A program made the translations under genes and the position numbers. From the NCBI RefSeq assembly GCF_006345805.1, contig NW_021829146.1, positions 1-6,990 on the forward strand: a DNA stretch of 6,990 bases, read 5' to 3'. Positions 1-6,990 of the stretch are shown in pieces (the first letter of the stretch is position 1; every line of letters begins with the position of its first letter). The stretch is from Octopus sinensis. Lineage: Eukaryota. The notes under the pieces are model-generated. The model ran no database searches. It saw only the letters and a list, made by a program, of their open reading frames with translations, and had not been told where the DNA came from.

Positions 1-23
1 ACTACTTGTACCAAATCCTCATA

Positions 24-42
24 TAATAATAACAATAATAAT
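24..42. repeat. (AAT)n microsatellite at the LINE 3' junction
   Basis: T-AAT-AAT-AAC-AAT-AAT-AAT directly adjacent to the LINE 3' end. Confidence 0.85.
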
Positions 43-50
43 CTATTCTT

Positions 51-56
51 TTTATT
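51..56 (-). promoter_or_regulatory. Putative polyadenylation signal of the Tx1-like LINE
   Basis: Plus-strand TTTATT is AATAAA on the minus strand, 8 nt before the inferred element end. Confidence 0.55.
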
Positions 57-318
57 GGCCACAAGGGCTGACACACATGATTAGGAACATAAAGGGACAA
101 AACAGGACGAAAGGTTACAAAGGGTTTTGTCCGTTTTTGAAAAAAATCCGTGTAAACAACTGTATAACAATAATTATATAACAACGAAAAACTCCCAAAA
201 GGGGGAGACGTTACGAAAGGTTCCTGGTGGAAAAAACCCCATAAAAGCCAACGGGAGCCTGGTCAAAAAAGTGGGGTAGAGAGTCCCTTTTTTCTCCTTT
301 TATATTACCCTTTTGAAA

Positions 319-3265
319 TCACAGGCGAAACCTGAGAACTGGTCCATTTATACTGGCCAGTCTCGCACAATTCACCCACCTTTCATAAAACTTGCTATAG
401 GACAGCACTCTCCTCTCTAACCTCATCTTCCTTTTCAAGTGAAACTTGAAAAAGTTGATGAGGCCTTGACCAAAGAGGAAAGTGTCTGACTTTAGCCCTT
501 TCAAACGAGTCCACCATACAACTGCTTTTGCCACAGCCACTAGGTACAAGAAAACGGCCTCGCCCTCCTTGTTAAAGGAGGTCGGCGGGGCAATCTTCAC
601 TATGGATTCGGCCGATAGTCAGATCCGTCCTGCACGTGACAGTAGCTGTTCGACATAAACCCATATTTCAGCAATACTCGGGCACTGGACGAGTGCGTGC
701 AGAACGGTTTCGTCGTCCTGGCAACACCTCGGGCAGGCCCGGCTGACGGCACTTCCGTGCCGGTAGAGTTTATCCCGAACAGGCAGAGCCCCTCGGTAGC
801 ACTGCCAGGCGAGTGACCTCTGGAAATTATCCATCGGCCCCGGCCCGAAAGTCCTTCCGAACAGACCGCTCAGTTCGTCATCTTTAACGCCTAGAGTTTC
901 CCCGAGAACGACGTCGCATTTTTCCTCCACTAACTCTCTATAGAACGCTAGAGTGGAGCTGTAACCGATCGCATTGCCCGCCTGGCGGAGGGCGGAGAGA
1001 GCTTGACGGCACTCAAGGTGCCAAGCGCCCTTTCTCGGTCTACGTTTGATCCAGGTCTGCAGCTCTGTCAAAGAGACGAGCTGCGGAAAATCGCGTCTGA
1101 CAAAAGACGACCACACCTGTTCACCGTCTAGGAAACGCTTGAGATGTCGCAGCCTGAGCGCATGTCTGCGCATCAGCAACCACGGCATTCCAAGGCCTCC
1201 GTTCAGCGGTCGTTGACAGCAGATGGATCGCCTGACGAGTGGCACCTGACCCTTCCACAAAAAGTCGAAGAGCAGGCGTACCAGCTTGGCCAACCAGCGG
1301 TCAGGACAAGGGACAACGGTCAAGCGGTAATAGATGACGGATGCGATGTACGCATTCGCCACCTCCACTCGACCTTTCAGGGACAGCTTCCTCTCGGCCC
1401 ATTTCTGGGTGAGACGTGCCACCCTGCTCGTCACCTCTTCCCAGTTTTTATCCACCTGGAGGTCCGCACCAAACCAGAACCCGAGCAGTTTAACGGGTCC
1501 GTCTGTCCAACGCCCTACGACGCTGTTGGACGGCATGGGCTTGCCTCTCCAGGTGCCCAGTTGCAAGCCCACCGACTTTTCTGCGTTAATCTTTGCCCCT
1601 GTCACCGCTTCGTAATCGTCTCGCCAATCAGGCCAATGTACCTGTGGCTCGACACCATCACGGTGACGTCGTCGGCATAGGCAGACACGCTGTTTCCGCC
1701 TCCTAGATCGCGCGGGATACCCCTCAAAGCCTCCAACTTGCGCAGTAATGGCTCGAGAGTCAATATGTACAAGAGGGAGGAGAGAGGGCATCCTTGGCAG
1801 ACCGAACGCGAGATGTTGAACGGTTCCGAAAGGTGACCGTTCACCCGTATCACCGAGCAGATGTTGCTGTATAAAGCAGCTATCCACCCGCGGAACACTG
1901 GACCGAAGCCGGCTGCCTTGAGAACAGCTGCCAGGTACCGATGGTCGACCCTATCGAAGGCTTTACTCTGATCTAAGCTGATCAAAGCCCCACCCGCGCC
2001 AGCGTCGTTACCCACCCTCTCTATGATGTTGCGCATGAGATGGAGGTTGTTGTGTATCGACCTGGTCGGCACGGCGCACGTCTGCGTCTTGCCGACCAGC
2101 TTGTCCATGATAAGCGCCAATCTCTTGGCTAGCACCTTGGCCAAAATCTTCAACTTTGCATTGAGCAGAGTGATGGGCCGAAAATTCCCTATAACGTCCC
2201 CCTTGTTTGGGTCCTTCTTCAGCAAAGCCACCACCCCTCGACATACAAAAGCAGGAATTCTCCCGTTTTGCTGCCAGTTGCAGTAGACGTTTGCCAACAG
2301 GACCGCAAACAAGTCTGGCATTGAAGTGTAAAGCTCGTAGGGCAGACCATCCAAACCCGGCGATCTACCTCTCGTGCAAGTCTTCATTGCTTCCTCCACT
2401 TCCCAGGCAGATATCGGTCCTTCGCAGCACTCTGCCTCGCTGTCCGAGAGTTGCGGTAGGCCGTCCAGGTACACACCGAAGTCTGCACCATTGTCCGTTC
2501 CACCGCTCATCCCAAACAGTTGAGCAAAGTGCCGCTGAAGCACCGTAGACATCCGCTTCGGTTCGGTAACCTTGCTCCCGTTATGGTCCACGAAAGACCA
2601 AATGGTTGCTTTGTTGCCTCGCTTCGCCTCCACCACGCGGGCCCATCGAGCAGCTCTAGTCCCCTTCCCGCTTAGCGAACGTGCCTTAGCTCTGACAACG
2701 CAGCCTTCGTGTTTGGCGTCGAAGTGTTGGTCGAGGGCCAACCTTGCCGCCAACACGTCGGTCGCGATGCCAGTGTCAAGAGCCTCGTCTAGTTTTTTAA
2801 CTAAATCCCGCTCTCTCTTCCTACGTTCAATAGCTAGAGTCTTACTATACCTAATCGACTCTACTCTAATTGCTCTCTTGAGGGCAAACCACCAGTTGTT
2901 GTTGATGATTGCCCCCATGAGCGCCCGCTTAACTAGTAAACTAATCCGGTGTCTGTAAGCTTGGCACGCCTTTAACGACGCATTCAGCTTCCAGTAGCCG
3001 GGTCCCTGTCAATGTAGCCTATCTAAGTCGACCGTACAGATCACTAATTTGTGGTCCGTATAGTCGACCAGGTGGAATTGTGGACACCCTACGCTGTCCT
3101 TATCCGCTGGCCTACAAAACACTCTATCTAAGTACCATCTAGATGACCCAATGCGATTGGTCCAAGTCCACATTGGCACATTTGGATGTCTAGTCGAAAC
3201 CTGTCGAACAGCTGAAAGCGGCCGAGTAGGTTGGCGAGGCTCTTGCACCCTCCCCCTATCCTATC
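319..3265 (-). pseudogene. Disrupted LINE ORF2 (APE endonuclease end, reverse transcriptase, zf-RVT/CCHC)
   Basis: Stitched translation: DRIGGGCKSLANLLGRFQLFDRFRLD/HPNVPMWTW..SRWYLDRVF..YTDHKLV (APE C-terminus), GPGYWKLN (L1/Tx1 linker), RSPGLDGLP, NFRPITLLN, SLDQSKAFDRVDH, QGCPLS, YADD (1668-1679), KIN..KS, KLLG, CPRC-x8-H-x4-C (682-735). Lesions: frameshift ~3188, TGA 3009-3011, frameshift ~1615-1620, TGA 619-621. Natural stop at 319-321. Joins ORF-track pieces 3009..3248, 1602..2918, 619..1887 and 319..600. Confidence 0.93.
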
Positions 3266-3276
3266 AGGGGGAGGGT
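3247..3276. repeat. Perfect 11-bp inverted repeat at the LINE 5' truncation junction
   Basis: ACCCTCCCCCT (3247-3257) pairs with AGGGGGAGGGT (3266-3276); 8-nt loop. Confidence 0.9.
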
Positions 3277-3701
3277 AATAATAATGAAATTATTGTATAC
3301 AGTGCTCAGGTGCACCACAACTTGTCAGACTGCATATAAAGTATATGCAGTAATGTACAAATGTCTGGAAAGCGAATAATGTATGAGTCAGACACATGCT
3401 TGTGTATGTATGGAGGGGAGAAAATCAGGTGTAGTGTTGGCAAATCTCAGGAAGCATGGAAGATTTGAAGGATGCAGTGCTCCGACAACTAACAACTGAT
3501 GCCGGCAGTTTGTTCCATACTTCAGCAACTCTTAGCATGAAAAAATGTTTCCGAAAGTCATGGGAGCTGTGCTGTTTTCTGACTTTGTAAGCATGTCCAC
3601 AGGTGGAGTTTGAAAAGGTGCTCAGAGTTATTGTTTGTAAGATGGTTAATAATTTTAGGGGTGTCTGCCAAGTCAGCTGCCAGACGTCGGAGTTTCAATG
3701 T
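3277..3701 (-). mobile_element. 3' fragment of a CR1-clade LINE (ORF2 C-terminus, 3' UTR, (ATT)n tail)
   Basis: Minus-strand translation has the CR1-type ORF2 C-terminal motifs, a stop at 3425-3427, a ~140-bp UTR with a 10-bp hairpin, and ends AATAATTTC-ATTATTATT. Confidence 0.8.
3425..3701 (-). pseudogene. CR1-type ORF2 C-terminal remnant
   Basis: TLKLRRLAADLADTPKIINHLTNNNSEHLFKLHL, frameshift ~3600, then GHAYKVRKQHSSHDFRKHFFMLRVAEVWNKLPASVVSCRSTASFKSSMLPEICQHYT*. This fits the CR1 pattern L..RR...DL...(TR)GH..K....RK.FF..RV...WN.LP..VV......FK. Not in the ORF track. Confidence 0.8.
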
Positions 3702-4030
3702 GTGTATTTGAATTTTTCTTGTTATATAACACATTTTTATTCTGATGTTTAATCTTATATCTCACATTCTGTATTTCTCATATACTTGATTTTACATGAT
3801 TGATGTATATATATACTAATTCATATTTATAATGTATAATTAATAAATTTTAATTCTTAATATTTCAAAGAATCATTTTTCTTCTTAATTTTTAATCTTT
3901 AATGCTTAATTGTATTGCGTATTTTTAAAGGGATGTAAAATTAGATATATAATATTTTCAAATAGAACCTGAAGATGTGTTGGAATAATCGTAAATCTGA
4001 CAATTGCATATATGTATTTATATATGTATA
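3702..4030. other. Very AT-rich low-complexity spacer (probably host DNA)
   Basis: A/T tracts and TA runs, with no coding or TE motif recognised. Confidence 0.5.
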
Positions 4031-4098
4031 CTAGCTGAAGGTGACCCGCTCTACGCGCGGGTAAGAGTGTGGTTGTTACTTTCTGTTGCTTCCTTTCA

Positions 4099-4411
4099 GC
4101 ACGTAAAAAGCACCATCTGAACGTGGCCGATTGCAGCGCCGCCTTGACTTGCTTCTGTGCCAGTGGCACGTAAAAAGCACCAACTGATCGTTGCCGCTGC
4201 GAGCCCCCCTGGCACCTGTGCCGTCGGCACAAAAAAAGCACTCACTACACTCACAGTGTGGTTGGCGTTAGGAAGGTCATCCACCTAGAGAAACACTGCC
4301 AGATCAGACTGGAGCCTGGTGCAGCCTCCTGGCTTCCCAGACCCGGTCACACTGCCCAACCTGTGCTAGCACGGAAAACGGACGTTAAACGATGATGATG
4401 ATGATGATGAT
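4099..4411 (+). mobile_element. 5'-truncated retroposon 3' end (RTE-related SINE or RTE 3' UTR) with (GAT)n tail
   Basis: GC-rich island with three copies of GCACGTAAAAAGCAC (4099, 4166, variant at 4227), a GGTTGGCGTTAGGAAGG-CATCCA motif and the terminus GGACGTTAAAC(GAT)7. It interrupts a pyrimidine-rich tract. The family assignment is from recall of octopus repeats. Confidence 0.7.
4391..4411 (+). repeat. (GAT)7 microsatellite (retroposon tail)
   Basis: Seven perfect GAT units. Confidence 0.95.
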
Positions 4412-4423
4412 TCTCCGTATTTG

Positions 4424-4527
4424 TTTCTCTCTCCTTTCTCTCTCACTTTCCCACTCTCTTACTTTTCTTTTCTCTCTGACTCTCCCTCGCTTTCTCTTAC
4501 TCTCTATCTTTATCTATCTCTCTCCCA
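4424..4527. repeat. CT-rich low-complexity tract
   Basis: Degenerate (CT)n/polypyrimidine run. Confidence 0.75.
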
Positions 4528-4749
4528 TTTATAAAACAACAGAAGATCTGAGTAAGTTGAGAAATAAAATATTTAGAAAGATCAATCAGAAATATGAGGC
4601 AGTGGCAATGGAAAGGTCTGCTTCAAGGCAGACAGCAAAACGCTAACATTGAAAAGGGACAGACGAACTTGCGAGCTGAATAAAAATAATAAAATATTGG
4701 AAACCAAAAACAAAAACATAAAAAAAGAAAATATAACATAGAAAATATA

Positions 4750-5251
4750 TCTATATATATAAAACTGTAGTTGTGTGAGTGTCTGTCCCCTTCGATTTAG
4801 ATTCCTAACTACTCCCACATTTTGCGGTGCAGTGTAACCAAAACCGGGTATCTTATAGTCGTGATTCATATCGAGCCCTTCTGGGTATTAGCGCGCGTCT
4901 ACGATGAGTCTACGATTTAAAAAAAATTACCATCATTTTTTATTCCATTTTAATGCATTTTTCGCTATTATATAAGGGAGTAACTCTCTAAAAATGTCTA
5001 CGATGAGTCAACACGATTAAAAAAAAATTACCATCATTTTTTTATTCCATTTTAATGCATTTTTCGCTATTATATAAGGGAAGTAACTCTGTAAAAATGT
5101 CTACGATGTGTCAACGATTTAAAAAAGAAATTACTATCATTTTTTATTCCATCTTTAATGCATTTTTTGCTATTTTTTTTGCTATAACTCACTAAAAATT
5201 CTTATAGTTATTTCCCTTACAAACCCGAGCAACGCCGGGCGATACTGCTAG
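4750..5251 (+). mobile_element. Complete 502-bp non-autonomous Helitron (inner)
   Basis: A|TCTATATATATAAAACTG 5' end; subterminal hairpin CCCG-A-GC-AAC-GC-CGGG (5224-5239), 8 nt, then CTAG|T (5248-5251); AT target site; internal tandem repeats; no coding capacity. Confidence 0.85.
4897..5199 (+). repeat. Three tandem ~100-bp repeats inside the inner Helitron
   Basis: Units start GTCTACGATG at 4897, 4996 and 5099 (99, 103 and ~101 bp). Units 1 and 2 are nearly identical; unit 3 diverges at its 3' end. Confidence 0.95.
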
Positions 5252-5400
5252 TAAAATATAAAATTCAAAACTTTAAATTATTTAAATTGAAAATAAAAAT
5301 TATGAAATTATATTTATAATTTGTTTAAAAATATATATAACTATGAAAAAGTATGAAAAAGTTTAATATACATAAGTACAGATATATACACTTTGAATAT

Positions 5401-5660
5401 ATACATTATATATACATATTTATATATAGAACACACACACACACACATACCTTATATATAATTATTTATATATTGAACACACACACACACATACATTTAT
5501 ATACATATTTATATATAGAACACACACACACACATACATTATATATACATATTTATATATAGAACACACACACAATACAATATATACATATTTATATATA
5601 GAACCACACACCACATACATTATATATACATATATATATAAAACACACACCACAACACAC
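5401..5660. repeat. Compound minisatellite, six ~40-46-bp units
   Basis: Unit ATACATTATATATACATATTTATATATAGAA(CA)n starting at 5401, 5447, 5491, 5534, 5575 and 5615. Confidence 0.9.
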
Positions 5661-6111
5661 ATATAAATGAACGCAAGAATATCTGATTCATAATATTTGT
5701 TCTCATGCTCGTGTGTTGTTTGTTGGTGACAGACATATACTTCAAAGAACGCCGCCGAAGTGATAGAAAGGTAGGAAACAGAGTCAGTGAAAAAGAAAGG
5801 AAATAGCGATAGTGACAGATACTTTAATAACCGTAGTGGCATTCTGAAAGTTATAAATGAAGAGGAGTGACAGAGTACTGGAGGAAATAGGGTGAGGTAG
5901 GAAGATGGCCCCTAGAAACCACAGCTTTTAAGATAGGGATTTCTAAGGTAGCCCACGCGCATCGTCACCTCATTCTACATGTCCCTGTAAATTTTGGAGC
6001 GAATCGGACGGGATGTAGTGCATTGAATGAAAGCGCGAACCAAGCGGTAAAAACGCATTTCAGTTTTATATATAGAGATATATGGGTATACAGTTGTGAA
6101 TATGTATGTAT

Positions 6112-6990
6112 ATTGCTGATGACCTTGCTCTAATTGCTGAGTCACTATCAGAACTGGAGGAGAAGTTTCAGGTGTGGAAACAAGGATTAGAATCGAAGGG
6201 GCCTTAGAATCAACCTAGCTAAAACTGAAGTCCTAATAAGTAGGAAGGTAGACAAATCACAAACACCTTCAGGTAGACGGCCCTCCTCAATCTGTAGAAA
6301 AGGCGTAGGTAGAAACTCTATAAGATGCACCAAGTGTAAGCTATGGACACATAAGAGGTACAGCAATGTCAAAGGAAGGCTAACTGGGAAGATAATTTTT
6401 GTATGTGGCAGATGCGCAGGAGCAATAAACACTGAAAATGCGCAGAGACCATCTTCCACCACATTCCAGGGAGAAAAACTAGAAGTAGTTGATAGCTTCT
6501 GTTACCTAGGTGACCAAGTCAGTAGCGGGGGTGGGTGTGCTGAAAGTGTAGCTGCTAGAGTAAGAATAGCCTGGGCAAAGTTCAGAGAGCTCCTACCTCT
6601 GCTGGCGATAAAGGGCCTCTCGTTCAGAGTAAAAGGCAGACTGTATGACGCATGTGTACAAACAGCCATGCTACATGGCAGTGAAACTTGGGCCGTGACT
6701 GCTTAGGATATGCGTAAGCTCACAAGAAATGAAGCCAGTATGCTCCGATGGATGTGTAATGTCAGTGTGCATACTCGCCAGAGTGTAGGTACCTTGAGAG
6801 AAATGTTGGACCTAAGAAGCATCAGATGTGGTGTGCAAGAGAGACAACTGTGCTGATATGGTCATGTGGCGAGAATGGATGTGGATAGCTGTGTGAAAAA
6901 GTGCCACACCCTAGCGGTTGAGGGAACCTGTGGAAGAGGTAGACCCAGGAAGACCTGGGATGAAGTGGTGAAGTATGACCTTAGAACATT
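6112..6990 (+). mobile_element. 5'-truncated, decayed RTE-clade LINE (RT C-terminal half with inserted PHD-type finger); runs off the window
   Basis: Frame +1 reads ADDLALIAESLSELEEKFQVWKQGLESK. After a +1 frameshift in GGGG (6198-6201), frame +2 reads GLRINLAKTEVL..[Cys/His finger]..LEVVDSFCYLGD..ARVRIAWAKFRELL..KGRLYDACVQTAMLHGSETWA..EASMLRWMC..YGHVARM..RGRPRKTWDEVV. These are typical RTE motifs. Stops at 6704-6706 and 6854-6856. Not in the ORF track. Confidence 0.92.

Larger units (their letters stand above)
43..3276 (-). mobile_element. 5'-truncated non-LTR retrotransposon (LINE), L1/Tx1 clade
   Basis: The minus strand encodes the APE C-terminus, RT and a CCHC knuckle, then a ~275-bp 3' UTR with AATAAA. 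Both ends abut AATAATAAT (34-42 and 3277-3285), a candidate TSD. Much more GC-rich than the flanks. No ORF1 or APE N-terminus is present. Confidence 0.9.
4031..6078 (-). mobile_element. Putative non-autonomous Helitron (outer), carrying nested insertions
   Basis: Minus-strand 5' end reads A|TCTCTATATATAAAACTG from 6078. The 3' end has the hairpin ACCCGC-N7-GCGGGT (4044-4062), 9 nt, then CTAG|T (4031-4034). Inserted between A and T with no TSD. That both ends belong to one element is inferred. Confidence 0.6.

Noticed and set aside
60-230. Hammerhead ribozyme in the LINE 3' UTR (CGAAA motifs plus stems)
   Set aside because: No CUGANGA core is found in a suitable position.
1620-1887. N-terminal part of ORF 619..1887 as a separate overlapping gene or programmed frameshift
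   Set aside because: It is out-of-frame read-through upstream of a small deletion at ~1615-1620. The RT motifs are in the other frame there and no slippery site is evident.
1602-2918. Prokaryotic RT system (retron, DGR or group II intron)
   Set aside because: The upstream APE, GxWKLN linker, CCHC knuckle, AATAAA and microsatellite-rich context identify a eukaryotic L1/Tx1 LINE.
1144-2958. Plus-strand ORFs (1144..1680, 1334..1615, 2023..2286, 2207..2548, 2572..2958) and minus-strand 2008..2244
   Set aside because: Antisense or alternate-frame shadows of the GC-rich LINE ORF2, with no recognisable motifs.
4099-4241. CRISPR-like repeat-spacer pattern
   Set aside because: Only three short repeats, the linkers resemble each other, the context is eukaryotic retroposon DNA, and there are no cas genes.
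3906-4284. ORFs 3906..4241 and 4096..4284
   Set aside because: They cross TE junctions antisense to a non-coding retroposon fragment and show no protein motifs.
4392-5842. ORFs 4392..4646, 4582..4869, 5353..5562 and 5462..5842
   Set aside because: Translations of microsatellite or low-complexity DNA (poly-M, LS, HT and YI repeats).
4750-6078. MITE with TCT(A/C)TATATATAAAACTG terminal inverted repeats
   Set aside because: Each end is better explained as a Helitron 5' terminus with its own hairpin-CTAG 3' end.
6187-6462. Minus-strand 91-aa ORF
   Set aside because: Antisense shadow of the RTE reverse transcriptase.

Overview
AT-rich eukaryotic non-genic or intronic DNA made almost entirely of stacked, decayed transposable elements. 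The repeat families look cephalopod/octopus-like, but that is from recall and is not verified. No intact host gene is visible. From left to right: (1) a 5'-truncated L1/Tx1-clade LINE on the minus strand (43-3276; end of the APE endonuclease, RT, CCHC knuckle, 3' UTR; 2 frameshifts and 2 stops), apparently inserted into the (ATT)n tail of (2) a CR1-type LINE 3' fragment (3277-3701, minus); (3) a putative ~2 kb non-autonomous Helitron on the minus strand (4031-6078), which contains an RTE-related SINE/3'-UTR fragment ending in (GAT)7, a second complete 502-bp plus-strand Helitron (4750-5251) with three ~100-bp internal repeats, and a compound minisatellite; (4) a 5'-truncated RTE-clade LINE (about 6112 to the window end, plus strand), missed by the ORF track, whose reverse transcriptase carries a PHD-type zinc finger inserted between RT motifs 6 and 7. 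The most interesting signals are the PHD finger inside the RT, the apparent (AAT)n targeting of the Tx1 element, and the Helitron nested in a Helitron.
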